Assembly (NCBI GenBank): GCA_036656055.1
Contig: JAVVOY010000006.1
Span: 890-64,889 of the forward strand
Reading direction: 5' to 3'
DNA: 64,000 nt
Source: Bacteroidales bacterium
GTDB lineage: Bacteria; Bacteroidota; Bacteroidia; Bacteroidales; G3-4614
In this document: in pieces, positions 8,845 through 18,141 of the stretch
Layout of the letters: every line of letters begins with the position of its first letter
Position numbering within the stretch: the stretch's first letter is position 1
The notes under the pieces: model-generated
What the model was told of the DNA's origin: nothing
The model's input: only the letters and a program-made list of their open reading frames with translations
The model's database searches: none
Made by a program: the position numbers and the translations under genes

Positions 8845-11019
8845 TTACCTGTGTTTGACAGGGGGTACTATTTTCAACTCTTTTATAATATTACCGGCAT
8901 CCGCAAACTGCTCTATTATCATAAGTATATATCTTATATCTACACTGATAGTTCTTTGTAGCTGAGGTTCAAAGATAATATCTCCGCTCATGGCCTCCCA
9001 ATTACCATCGAAAGCTACCCCGACAATTTCTCCCTTGTCATTTAATATTGGACTGCCGGAGTTTCCACCTGTTATGTCGTTAGTAGATATGAAGCATAGG
9101 CGCATATCGCCATTCTCATCAGAATAGTTGCCATAATCTTTATTTTGGCTTATATCTTTGAGCCTTTTCGGGATAATGAATTCATAGTTTGTGCTATCCT
9201 CTTTTTCTATTGCCCCTTTAAGTGTCGTAAAATAGTTGTAAGATATGGCGTCGCTTGGAGAATAGGACATTATTTTTCCGTATGATGCGCGTATGGTAAA
9301 GTTTGCATCGGGATAGAGAGGTGTTTTGCTGTGCATTTCAAGCAACCCTTTTATATATTTCTCTTTTGCTAAAGCCAAGGAGTTTGAATATGGGCTAATT
9401 TCTAATTTAAGTTCTGTGAGTTTCGATTTTACGGAATAGGCAAAACGTTGCATGAGGTCGTTTTCAAGAACTTTTGCTGAAGGGTTGCTGATAAATTTTG
9501 AAAATTTTGTGCTGTCGGCGAATAGTGATCTTGCAAAAACATCATCTATGAACTTATCAGTATCTCCTCTATATCTTTTGTCTATATATGTAAATATATC
9601 AGGACGGTTTTCTGCCGGAATTATCTCTTTGTATTTTTTTAGCATATCTTTTGACACAACTTTGTCTACTTCTGCATTGTAATTTTTGTCTGCGAATTTG
9701 CTGAAGTCAGATTTTAGCTTCGCCGTCAGGGAGATTATAAGTGAGTCGTTTTTTGGCAGTTCCTTTAATGCTGTTATCAGAGAGTCGGCAGAAGGAACCT
9801 TTGAGAATTCCACCCCGTTTATTAACCCTTCGTAAAGCATGTAATATTGATATTTAAAGCCGTGGGATTTTGCTAAGGAAGTTCTCATGGTGTCGAGTGC
9901 GGCAGCATATTCAGGCTTATCGTTTTCGTTAGCCCATTTTACATAATTAATTTCAGCTTTTAGTTTGCTCTCTATGACATTCCTCTTTTTTATACCGCGG
10001 TTCATACCGATTGCATTTTTCCAGTAGTTGCTGGCACCGGAGTATTTAGATGCATATTGTATACTAACCTTTGGGTCGGCTTGCATCAGTGTATCAAGTC
10101 TTTTAAGTCTTGTGCTTCGCATCTCTATGCGCGAAGTATTTACTATATCGCGGTATTCCACAACCTCGTTTGATATGTCGTAGCGGTTAGTTGTCCCCGG
10201 AAACCCCATAACCAAAGCAAAGTCGTTCTCTTTTACTCCGGCCGTAGATATTGCAAAGAAGTGCTTCGGTTTTAATGGAATGTTGGACTTATTGTATTCT
10301 GTGGCATTCCCTAATGTATCTGTATATACTCTGAAAAGTGAAAAGTCGCCCGTGTGTCGCGGCCACATCCAGTTGTCGGTGTCGTATCCGAATTTTCCGA
10401 TGGATGATGGGGGAGCTCCTACAAAACGGACATCTTTGTAAACGGTTTGAGTAAACATAAAGAAACGGTTTCCTCCGTAAAACGGTTTTATGATAACCTC
10501 GGTGAAAGGGGCATTTTTGAGTTGTTCTTCGTCTGCAAGTTTTTTTGCAGTTTGATCAAGAAATTTTTTATCGAAAGCGTTGAGTGGTTTTCCGCTCTTC
10601 TCTACTGCGCTTTTAACAGAATCAGTAACCTCTTCTATTTTATTTATGAATCTGACCTCTAACCCCGGAGTAGGAAGCTCTTCGCTTTTTGATTTTGCCC
10701 AGAAACCATCAGCAAGGTAGTCTTGGCTAACAGAACTGTGACTCTGTATCCATTCATAACCGCAATGATGATTGGTTAAAATAAGCCCCTCCTCAGAAAT
10801 TGCCTCTCCAGTGCAACCGCGTCCAAAGATCACTATGCCGTCTTTCATTGATACGGAATCAGGAGAGTAAATATCATCGACTTCGAGTTTCAATCCCATC
10901 TTTTTCAGCTCTTCACCATTTTGCTGTTTGAGGTACGGAAGTAGCCACATCCCCTCATCGGCTGTTGCCGACAAAGTTGAAGCAATAAGCATAATAGCTG
11001 CAAATAATTTCTTTCTCAT
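8845..11019 (-). CDS. Peptidase family S46 dipeptidyl-peptidase (DPP7/DPP11 family)
   Basis: 724 aa. A signal peptide is followed by the family-typical ADEGMWLLP. Catalytic-triad contexts LTNHHCG (His) and GGNSGSPILN (Ser) are present. FDGNWE has Gly where I recall DPP11 carrying Arg, which tentatively suggests a DPP7-like hydrophobic P1 preference. Confidence 0.85.
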   Translation of the reverse strand: MRKKLFAAIMLIASTLSATADEGMWLLPYLKQQNGEELKKMGLKLEVDDIYSPDSVSMKDGIVIFGRGCTGEAISEEGLILTNHHCGYEWIQSHSSVSQDYLADGFWAKSKSEELPTPGLEVRFINKIEEVTDSVKSAVEKSGKPLNAFDKKFLDQTAKKLADEEQLKNAPFTEVIIKPFYGGNRFFMFTQTVYKDVRFVGAPPSSIGKFGYDTDNWMWPRHTGDFSLFRVYTDTLGNATEYNKSNIPLKPKHFFAISTAGVKENDFALVMGFPGTTNRYDISNEVVEYRDIVNTSRIEMRSTRLKRLDTLMQADPKVSIQYASKYSGASNYWKNAIGMNRGIKKRNVIESKLKAEINYVKWANENDKPEYAAALDTMRTSLAKSHGFKYQYYMLYEGLINGVEFSKVPSADSLITALKELPKNDSLIISLTAKLKSDFSKFADKNYNAEVDKVVSKDMLKKYKEIIPAENRPDIFTYIDKRYRGDTDKFIDDVFARSLFADSTKFSKFISNPSAKVLENDLMQRFAYSVKSKLTELKLEISPYSNSLALAKEKYIKGLLEMHSKTPLYPDANFTIRASYGKIMSYSPSDAISYNYFTTLKGAIEKEDSTNYEFIIPKRLKDISQNKDYGNYSDENGDMRLCFISTNDITGGNSGSPILNDKGEIVGVAFDGNWEAMSGDIIFEPQLQRTISVDIRYILMIIEQFADAGNIIKELKIVPPVKHR

Positions 11020-11046
11020 TTAGAGATATGTTTAATTTCACGGATT

Positions 11047-11054
11047 CAAAGGTA
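11047..11054 (-). promoter_or_regulatory. -7 box TACCTTTG (minus strand) for the S46 peptidase gene
   Basis: Plus-strand caaaggta is TACCTTTG on the minus strand, 27 nt upstream of the ATG at 11019. Confidence 0.45.
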
Positions 11055-11089
11055 ATAAAAATAATTATCCTTTAATTTGAAAAAATAGT

Positions 11090-11097
11090 TACCTTTG
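11090..11097 (+). promoter_or_regulatory. -7 box TACCTTTG for the 11169 gene
   Basis: tacctttg matches TAnnTTTG, about 70 nt upstream of the ATG at 11169. Confidence 0.4.
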
Positions 11098-11168
11098 TTT
11101 TAGAATCCGTTATTTATTTTTGTTAGGTATGAGCGGATTATGTATAAATAAATTATATTTTTTGCAAA

Positions 11169-11615
11169 ATGAAGCTTACAGATGAGTGGTTTACAGCGAT
11201 GGCTGAAGATGATAATTCAGCGACAATAATAATATGTGGTAGGGACGATATAGATGCTTTCCGTACGAGTGGGAAGTTTAAGGAACGTTTAGAGGTGAGT
11301 TGGCAGTATGCCGTTTCAGGTATGCCAACTGAAGAGGTAGCTAAACAGATGGAAGAGATGGAAGAGTTATTGCGCAAAGGTGCAGAGAAAGATAAACTAG
11401 CAATCCTTACCGGCATATATACAGGTGGAGGTAAGCGTGTATGGGTATTTTACAGTCGCCATACCGGGGCGTTTGGCGAAATGCTGAATACCGCCCTCTC
11501 TGGATTTGAATTGCTGCCGATTACGATATACTCCGAAAAAGATCCTGATTGGGATGATTATGCAGAGATAAGTTCGTTACGTATATCAGGAGAAGGAGAT
11601 GAGGAGCAGTTGTAG
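11169..11615 (+). CDS. Hypothetical cytoplasmic protein, DUF695-like
   Basis: 148 aa. MKLTDEWFTAMAEDDN...GRDDIDAFRTSGKFKERLEVSWQY...DKLAILTGIYTGGGKRVWVFYS resembles my recollection of DUF695 family proteins. No catalytic motif recognised. Confidence 0.45.
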   Translation: MKLTDEWFTAMAEDDNSATIIICGRDDIDAFRTSGKFKERLEVSWQYAVSGMPTEEVAKQMEEMEELLRKGAEKDKLAILTGIYTGGGKRVWVFYSRHTGAFGEMLNTALSGFELLPITIYSEKDPDWDDYAEISSLRISGEGDEEQL

Positions 11616-11887
11616 GGTGTTAACTTGCATTTGGTTTGAATAGATATGCAAACAGAGGAGTGCTAAGTATCGTTTTTGTGGATTTTATTGTGACTTAAAT
11701 GACAAAAATTGAAATTATATTCAACTTTTTGGAGCCATAATTCATCCTTTTGGTTAATTATGAAGCTTTCTTATTCTACAATGTTAAAACATCAGTATTA
11801 TTATATTAGTCCTAATTAACTTGTTATAATTCAGAAAAAAACGGATCATACACTTTGTTATCGCGCAGTTTTTTGTAACTTCGCGTT

Positions 11888-12448
11888 GTGAAAAAACATA
11901 AGGCTATGTCAGATACGGTTTCGCAGTTTGAACATGTGATCTCTATATGCAGAGAGTTATATATCAAGAAGTTGAAGGATTACGGTCCATCGTGGCGCAT
12001 AATGCGCCCACAATCAATAACAGATCAGATATTCATAAAGGCTAATCGCATACGGAGCATCGAAATTAACGGAGAATCCAAAATAGAGGAAGATATATTT
12101 TCTGAATTTATAGCTATCGTAAACTATGGCATAATAGGACAGATACAACTCTCGCTCGGTTATGCGGACAGTGAAGACATCTCTTGTGATAAAGCCATTG
12201 AGTTCTATGACGAGTTTATTAATGCTACCAAAGAACTTATGTTCGCTAAAAATTATGATTACGGTGAAGCATGGCGTAGTATGCGCGTATCGTCGTACAC
12301 CGATATAATTCTTACAAAGATATACAGGACAAAGCAGATAGAGACAAATGGCGGAAAGACGTTGGTCTCAGAGGGAGTAGATGCAAATTACATGGATATG
12401 GTAAATTACGCTCTGTTTGCCCTTATAAAACTAAAATATGAGGATTAA
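11888..12448 (+). CDS. DUF1599 domain protein
   Basis: 186 aa in two tandem similar halves (...KKLKDYGPSWRIMRPQSITDQIFIKANRIRSIE... and ...AKNYDYGEAWRSMRVSSYTDIILTKIYRTKQIE...), as in DUF1599. The track start is GTG 11888; the first ATG is at 11906. Its 3' end overlaps the next gene by 11 nt. Confidence 0.6.
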   Translation: MKKHKAMSDTVSQFEHVISICRELYIKKLKDYGPSWRIMRPQSITDQIFIKANRIRSIEINGESKIEEDIFSEFIAIVNYGIIGQIQLSLGYADSEDISCDKAIEFYDEFINATKELMFAKNYDYGEAWRSMRVSSYTDIILTKIYRTKQIETNGGKTLVSEGVDANYMDMVNYALFALIKLKYED

Positions 12449-13775
12449 TAATGAGATTATAAAATCGCTGACTATTATACTGAGAATAGTTGTTGGTGTA
12501 ACGTTTATCTTTTCAGGTTTTGTGAAGGGGATAGATCCGATAGGTACGGCTATAAAGTTGCAGGAATATTTTATCGGTTTCGGGATAGATATATTATCCC
12601 CATTATCTGTTTTAGGTAGAGACTTTGTTTCCACTATTACACTTACATTGTCAGTTGTTTTGGCGGCATTAGAATTTATAATCGGTGCCAATATACTGTT
12701 CGGCATATATCGCAAAGTGACATCTTGGATATTGTCGCTCTTTATGATCGTAATGACACCGTTAACCCTCTATCTTGCATTTGTAAATCCCGTACATGAT
12801 TGCGGGTGTTTCGGAGAGGCTCTTGTTATAAGTAACTGGGTGACATTTTACAAAAATTTGGTGTTAATGATCACCGCATTATTCCTTTTTAAATATAACA
12901 ATAATTACAACGGTATTTATGCTCGGCCAATAAGGTGGATTCCATTGATATATTCTATAATATTTATTACCAGCATCTCTGTGTTTTCTCTTTTACATCA
13001 ACCGTTTCTCGATTTTCGTCCGTATAAAAATGGGACTGATATAAAAGCTATGCTTGCCACGGATAAAGTACAGCCTGAATATCTTTTTATATATGAAAAA
13101 GGTGGAGTTAAAAAAGAGTTTACATTAAATAATTATCCGGCTACTGATACGACATGGCATTTTGTAGACAGGATTGAGAAATTTCCTCCAGTAAGAGATG
13201 TCGCGCCAATAGATTTTGTAATCCGTGAAAACGATGTTAATATTACCGATTGGATATTAAACGATACGACATATACATTTTTGCTGTTTGTTCCGTCCAT
13301 GACAGATGGTTATGACGATTCGTGGCAAGACAGAATAAACGAACTTTACGACTATGCATATGAAAATTCGTATAACTTCTATTGCCTTTCGCCCGATGCC
13401 GAGGCGTGGAGACACAGTATAGAAGAGAGTGGCATTAATTACCCTTGTTATACGATGGATCAAACCACAATTGAGACAATCGTTAGAGGCAATCCCGCTG
13501 TTGCACTTATCAAAGAAGGAGTTCTTTACTGGAAGAGTAATCCGCGCGATCTGCCGGATATGTCACAGATTTCCGAGCCACTCGATAAAAGTGCTATCGG
13601 ATTGAAGCATACATACAGTATAACAAAACGGGTTTTATTTCTATCTTTTGTGTATTTATTCCCTCTTTTGGTTTTGTATCTTGCCGGACAAGGAGTGATA
13701 AAGCTGATAACTAAGATAAGGCGCAAGCGTAAAGATAGTTTAGCTAAAAGTAAGAAACAAGAGATGGAAAAATAA
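12438..13775 (+). CDS. Membrane protein, MauE/DoxX-like N-terminal domain plus C-terminal soluble domain (BT_3928-family-like)
   Basis: 445 aa. Four N-terminal TM helices carry the HDCGCFGE motif typical of MauE/DoxX-type proteins. A roughly 200-aa extracytoplasmic-looking domain, a terminal TM helix and a basic tail follow. The synteny DUF1599 / this gene / tpiA / SPOR / folE is what I recall from Bacteroides. Confidence 0.55.
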   Translation: MRINNEIIKSLTIILRIVVGVTFIFSGFVKGIDPIGTAIKLQEYFIGFGIDILSPLSVLGRDFVSTITLTLSVVLAALEFIIGANILFGIYRKVTSWILSLFMIVMTPLTLYLAFVNPVHDCGCFGEALVISNWVTFYKNLVLMITALFLFKYNNNYNGIYARPIRWIPLIYSIIFITSISVFSLLHQPFLDFRPYKNGTDIKAMLATDKVQPEYLFIYEKGGVKKEFTLNNYPATDTTWHFVDRIEKFPPVRDVAPIDFVIRENDVNITDWILNDTTYTFLLFVPSMTDGYDDSWQDRINELYDYAYENSYNFYCLSPDAEAWRHSIEESGINYPCYTMDQTTIETIVRGNPAVALIKEGVLYWKSNPRDLPDMSQISEPLDKSAIGLKHTYSITKRVLFLSFVYLFPLLVLYLAGQGVIKLITKIRRKRKDSLAKSKKQEMEK

Positions 13776-13862
13776 CGGTATATCATATCGGTTTCATTTA
13801 TTACTTAGAGAGATCATTACTTAAAATAACAAATAATCATTTTAACCTAAAACTTAAAAAAG

Positions 13863-14618
13863 ATGAGAAAAAACATTGTAGCAGGAAATTGGAAGATGAA
13901 TGAAAACCTCCAGCAAGGAGTTGAGTTGGCAAAAGGTGTAGAGTGCGCGTTGAAGGGACGTAAACCTAATTGTGACGTTATAATAGCAACTCCTTTCATA
14001 CACCTTGCAACTATTGCAAATACAATAGATACAGCAACTGTCGGATTATCCGCAGAGAATTGTGCCGATAAGGTGTCAGGAGCATATACAGGAGAGATAT
14101 CTGCAGCCATGGTAGCTTCTACCGGAGCTAAATATGTAATACTCGGACATTCTGAACGCCGTGCATATTACCATGAGACACCGGCAATACTCAAAGAGAA
14201 GGTACTGCTTGCTCTTTCAAATGATCTTAAGGTGATATTTTGTATCGGAGAGGTACTTGAAGAGAGGGAGTCAGGAAAAGAATATAAGATTGTTAAATCA
14301 CAGATCGAAGAGTCGCTTTTCAATCTTTCCGCAGCCGATTTCGGTAAAATTATCCTTGCTTACGAACCTGTATGGGCGATAGGTACCGGTAAAACTGCAA
14401 CATCAGAGCAAGCTCAGGAGATGCACGCTTTTATTCGTGAAACCGTTGCTGTAAAATACGGTAAAGAGGTTGCAGAGAATACATCAATACTTTATGGCGG
14501 GAGCTGTAAGCCCTCTAATGCAAAAGAACTTTTTGCAAACAAAGACGTTGACGGCGGTCTTATTGGAGGTGCATCACTTGATGTTGAGCAGTTTATGGGG
14601 ATAGTGGACGCATTTTAA
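13863..14618 (+). CDS. tpiA: Triosephosphate isomerase
   Basis: 251 aa. [27 protein letters not shown] and GGASL are canonical TIM motifs. Confidence 0.97.
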   Translation: MRKNIVAGNWKMNENLQQGVELAKGVECALKGRKPNCDVIIATPFIHLATIANTIDTATVGLSAENCADKVSGAYTGEISAAMVASTGAKYVILGHSERRAYYHETPAILKEKVLLALSNDLKVIFCIGEVLEERESGKEYKIVKSQIEESLFNLSAADFGKIILAYEPVWAIGTGKTATSEQAQEMHAFIRETVAVKYGKEVAENTSILYGGSCKPSNAKELFANKDVDGGLIGGASLDVEQFMGIVDAF

Positions 14619-14693
14619 AAATTGCGTATAACATCCATTTTGACGTAAAACGACAAAAAGAAATTTATAAGTTGTTATTGTAGAGTGTTTAAA

Positions 14694-14726
14694 CCGGGAA
14701 TGCTAAGATAAAATCAGCATTCCCGG
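14694..14726 (+). terminator. Intergenic hairpin between tpiA and the SPOR gene (possible terminator or processing site)
   Basis: ccgggaatgct (14694-14704) pairs perfectly over 11 bp with agcattcccgg (14716-14726). There is no clean T-run after it, so it may only attenuate. Confidence 0.35.
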
Positions 14727-14751
14727 ATTAAATTAAATGTTGGGTTGTAAT

Positions 14752-15210
14752 ATGAAAAAAAGAAGATTTGTTTTAGCTATATCATTGTTTTTTTTGTGTA
14801 CGGCATACGCACAGACTGTGATTGGAGATACTTCCATAATACGCGAACTTGAACGCCCTGTTGGTAAAGCTGTTGTCAAAGTGCATCAGGATCCGCGGCT
14901 TGATGTTATTCTTAAACATGGATCTACTGCGACAGAGCGGAGGATTATAGCCGGATACAGGATACAGGTTTTTTCAGATAACAGCCAACGTCGTGCTAAA
15001 GATGAGGCACAGAGTAGAGCTACTATAATAGAGGATTATGATTCTGATTTAGCTGCTTATGTTACGTTTAATTCACCATTTTGGCGTGTTAGGGTAGGTG
15101 ATTTCACCTCATATGAAGATGCAACCGTCAAATTACGTGAACTTAAGTCAGCGTTTCCAAATTATACCGACATGCGTATTGTTAAAGACAATATAATAGA
15201 AAAATACTAA
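14752..15210 (+). CDS. SPOR domain-containing protein (peptidoglycan-binding)
   Basis: The signal peptide MKKRRFVLAISLFFLCTAYAQ starts at ATG 14752 (the track ORF starts at ATG 14737). The C-terminal GYRIQVFSDN...FWRVRVGDFTSYEDA...LK region is a SPOR repeat pattern. Confidence 0.8.
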   Translation: MKKRRFVLAISLFFLCTAYAQTVIGDTSIIRELERPVGKAVVKVHQDPRLDVILKHGSTATERRIIAGYRIQVFSDNSQRRAKDEAQSRATIIEDYDSDLAAYVTFNSPFWRVRVGDFTSYEDATVKLRELKSAFPNYTDMRIVKDNIIEKY

Positions 15211-15819
15211 ATGAGGCTAAAAGAAGAGTTGCCGTCTGAAGAGAGAAGTAGGTTGCTGGCAGAACATTATAGGGCTATATTGGAACTTTTGGGCGAAGAT
15301 CCCGAACGCGAAGGATTGCGTAAGTCGCCTGAAAGAATCGCCCGTGCCATGGAATTCCTTGTATCAGGATATTCTAAATCTCCGGCGGAAAAATTGCAAT
15401 CTGCACTTTTCCAAGAGAATTATGGGAATAGCGAACGCATTATTCTTGTAAAAGGGATAGAGTTTTATTCATTGTGCGAACATCATATGTTACCCTTTTT
15501 TGGTAATGTTCATATTGGATATATTCCCAATAATAAGGTTGTTGGATTAAGTAAGCTATCCAGATTGGTTGAAGTATTTGCTCGCCGGCTGCAACTTCAG
15601 GAGCGGATGACGCAAGAGATACTGGATGCGTTTAATGAAAATGTGCCCAATAGTGGTGTGATAATTATGATAGAAGCGCGTCACTTGTGCATGCAGATGC
15701 GTGGAGTACAGAAGCAGAATGCAGTGACTACAACGTATCTGTATTCAGGAAAATTCTCTCAGGAGTCAAAGCGCAGAGAATTTTTTGAGATGCTTAACAC
15801 ACCTTGTATTACCGATTGA
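15211..15819 (+). CDS. folE: GTP cyclohydrolase I
   Basis: 202 aa. CEHHMLPFFG, the HIGYIP-type segment, ERMT and HLCMQMRGV are canonical FolE motifs. The gene directly abuts the SPOR gene stop. Confidence 0.95.
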   Translation: MRLKEELPSEERSRLLAEHYRAILELLGEDPEREGLRKSPERIARAMEFLVSGYSKSPAEKLQSALFQENYGNSERIILVKGIEFYSLCEHHMLPFFGNVHIGYIPNNKVVGLSKLSRLVEVFARRLQLQERMTQEILDAFNENVPNSGVIIMIEARHLCMQMRGVQKQNAVTTTYLYSGKFSQESKRREFFEMLNTPCITD

Positions 15820-15875
15820 GATAGCATCTGATATGATACGTAAGATTTACGTATAGAAAAATAATTCAAAAACAG

Positions 15876-15906
15876 TTTGCGGACTCAAATAAACTTGCTA
15901 TATTTG
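15876..15906 (+). promoter_or_regulatory. Promoter of the tRNA operon (-33 TTTG plus -7 TATATTTG)
   Basis: TTTG at 15876-15879 and TATATTTG at 15899-15906, with a 19-nt spacer. The -7 box ends 11 nt before the tRNA-Gly 5' end. Confidence 0.6.
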
Positions 15907-15917
15907 CACCCGCAAAT

Positions 15918-15990
15918 GCGAAAGTAGCTCAGTTGGTAGAGCATAACCTTGCCAAGGTTAGGGTCGCGGGTTCGAGTCCCGTTTTTCGCT
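15918..15990 (+). tRNA. tRNA-Gly (anticodon GCC)
   Basis: Hand-folded cloverleaf. Acceptor stem gcgaaag/ttttcgc, anticodon loop cttGCCaag, T-arm gcgggttcgagtcccgt. 73 nt. Confidence 0.9.
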
Positions 15991-16072
15991 CAAAGTTAAT
16001 ATCTTGCAGTGGCAAGAAAATTATAGAATAGGAGAGCTTCTAATGCCGGAGCAGACGGTAAATAAGTAATTT

Positions 16073-16156
16073 GCCCAAATGGCGGAATTGGTAGACGCGT
16101 TAGTTTCAGGGACTAATGAACGTAAGTTTGTGCAGGTTCGAGTCCTGTTTTGGGCA
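16073..16156 (+). tRNA. tRNA-Leu (anticodon CAG)
   Basis: Class II tRNA with a long variable arm. Acceptor stem gcccaaa/tttgggc, anticodon loop ttCAGgg. 84 nt. Confidence 0.9.
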
Positions 16157-16168
16157 CATTAAGATAAT

Positions 16169-16252
16169 GTCCGGGTGGTGAAATTGGTAGACACGCTACT
16201 TTGAGGGGGTAGTGATCGAAAGATTGTGTGAGTTCGAATCTCATCCCGGACA
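16169..16252 (+). tRNA. tRNA-Leu (anticodon GAG)
   Basis: Class II tRNA. Acceptor stem gtccggg/cccggac, anticodon stem ctact/ggtag with loop ttGAGgg. 84 nt. Confidence 0.88.
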
Positions 16253-16262
16253 CAAAATTTAT

Positions 16263-16301
16263 AGCAGACTTGCAACCTAAAGTTGTAAGTCTGCTTTTTT
16301 A
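16263..16301 (+). terminator. Rho-independent terminator of the tRNA operon
   Basis: agcagacttgcaac / gttgtaagtctgct form a 14-bp stem with one G-U pair, a 5-nt loop and a following T6 run. Confidence 0.8.
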
Positions 16302-16452
16302 TTGCATTGGAATTCAAATATTATAATCAAATTATAAATCTCTGCCGTGAATTGGATTGTTGATAAAAACACCTAATTTGTTAATATGTAGTGCGCCTGA
16401 TTTTATGCAGATGAATAGTGTTGTCGTAAATTTGTACTTATTTATTTAAGTC

Positions 16453-17988
16453 ATGGTTAAAGAACAATCAAGAGGATATAGAACAGACAGGAGGAGCATC
16501 CCTGTATCACAGGAGATGGGACATTTGCAGCCACAGGCGTTGGAACTGGAAGAGGCCGTTCTTGGCGCATTGATGCTTGAGAAAGACGCATTCTCTGAGG
16601 TTTGTGATATTCTGAAACCAGAAAGTTTTTACAAGCCTGCACATAAATTTATTTACGAAGCAATTGTTGATTTAGCTCACAAGTTGCAGCCGATAGATAT
16701 GCTTACTGTTATTGAACGTCTTCGTAGTAACGGGACATTGGAGGATGCAGGAGGAGAATATCAGATTGCCACACTGACAAACAAGGTTAATTCTGCTGCG
16801 AATATAGAGTTTCATGCAAAGATAGTAGCCCAAAAACATCTGGCACGCGAGCTTATTCACTTTGCGAGCAAAGTACAAGCAAATGCCTATGACGATACAT
16901 ACGATATAGATCATCTGATGGAGCAGACAGAAAGCAATCTGTTTGAAATATCGCAGGAGAATATAAAACGAGATGCCATACAGATAAACCCTATTATATC
17001 AGAGGCGATGGATCTCTTACAGAAGGCAGCAAACCGTAAGGAGGGATTGAGTGGTCTTCAGTCGGGCTTTTACGAACTCGACAAAATGACCTCAGGTTGG
17101 CAAAATTCTGACCTTATAATAGTTGCCGCCCGCCCTGCAATGGGAAAAACAGCTTTTGCTCTTTCTATGGCAAAAAACATGGCTGTAAATTACGGTCTCG
17201 GTGTGGCTGTGTTTTCGTTAGAGATGGCTAATGTACAGTTAGTTAATAGGTTGATTGTAAATACATGTGAGATACAAGGAGAGAAGATAAGAAGCGGACA
17301 GTTAGATGAACATGAGTGGGCGCAACTTAATGTTAAGATAAAAGAACTTGAGGATGCCCCTATTTATATAGATGAAACGGCTAATTTATCAGTATTTGAG
17401 CTTAGAAGTAAAGCCCGTCGTCTTGTTCGTGAGCATAACGTGAAGATGATAATAATCGACTATTTACAACTTATGACCTTCAATAGTAAAGACGACAAAA
17501 ATAATGCAATAAAAATAGGAAGTCGTGAGCAGGAGGTTAGTTCTATCTCGCGTTCACTCAAAGGATTGGCAAAAGAGCTTAATATCCCTATAATTGCCCT
17601 TTCGCAGTTGAACCGCGGATTAGAAAACCGTGAAGCCAAACGTCCTCAGTTGTCTGACCTTCGAGAATCTGGAGCTATTGAGCAGGATGCCGATATTGTA
17701 TGCTTTATTCACCGTCCAGAGGTTTACGGCATTAATGTAAGCACAGAAGGAGAGTCTCTTTTAGGAATGGCAGAGGTTATTGTGGCTAAACACCGTAACG
17801 GTAAAACGGGAAGTATATGGCTTAAATTTAAGAGTGATTTTGCACGTTTTCAGAATAAGGAGGACGACTCCATATTAAGTATTGCATCTGGTATAAATCG
17901 TAAGAATCATCTTCCGGAAAGCCATTTTGCTGTTAATAATGATAATACAGCTGCTTTTATGGCAGAAAGTGACAACATCCCTTTCTAA
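16453..17988 (+). CDS. dnaB: Replicative DNA helicase DnaB
   Basis: 511 aa. Walker A ARPAMGKTAFAL, IIIDYLQLM, SRSLKGLAKELNIPIIALSQLNR and RESGAIEQDAD are canonical DnaB motifs. It carries N- and C-terminal extensions relative to the ~470-aa enterobacterial protein. Confidence 0.96.
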   Translation: MVKEQSRGYRTDRRSIPVSQEMGHLQPQALELEEAVLGALMLEKDAFSEVCDILKPESFYKPAHKFIYEAIVDLAHKLQPIDMLTVIERLRSNGTLEDAGGEYQIATLTNKVNSAANIEFHAKIVAQKHLARELIHFASKVQANAYDDTYDIDHLMEQTESNLFEISQENIKRDAIQINPIISEAMDLLQKAANRKEGLSGLQSGFYELDKMTSGWQNSDLIIVAARPAMGKTAFALSMAKNMAVNYGLGVAVFSLEMANVQLVNRLIVNTCEIQGEKIRSGQLDEHEWAQLNVKIKELEDAPIYIDETANLSVFELRSKARRLVREHNVKMIIIDYLQLMTFNSKDDKNNAIKIGSREQEVSSISRSLKGLAKELNIPIIALSQLNRGLENREAKRPQLSDLRESGAIEQDADIVCFIHRPEVYGINVSTEGESLLGMAEVIVAKHRNGKTGSIWLKFKSDFARFQNKEDDSILSIASGINRKNHLPESHFAVNNDNTAAFMAESDNIPF

Positions 17989-18056
17989 GAACTTTTAAAT
18001 AATCTGTAAGGGTAAAATACTGAACGCCTCTTGTGGGCACATCGCATAACATATAA

Positions 18057-18107
18057 TAAAAACGAGAGTAGAAGAGTCCATTGGTCTTTACTTCTACTCT
18101 CGTTTTT
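18057..18107. terminator. Bidirectional rho-independent terminator between convergent dnaB and the ECF sigma gene
   Basis: aacgagagtagaag (18061-18074) pairs perfectly over 14 bp with cttctactctcgtt (18091-18104). An A-run lies upstream and a T-run downstream. Confidence 0.8.
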
Positions 18108-18141
18108 ATTTTGGCTTATTTTTGTGTTTAAAATCCCTGTT

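Noticed and set aside
16453-17988. Possible intein in DnaB, because it is longer than the E. coli protein
   Set aside because: The extra length is only about 40 aa, split between the N- and C-termini. The Walker A to RecA-core motifs are contiguous, with no Cys/Ser-...-His-Asn splicing blocks.
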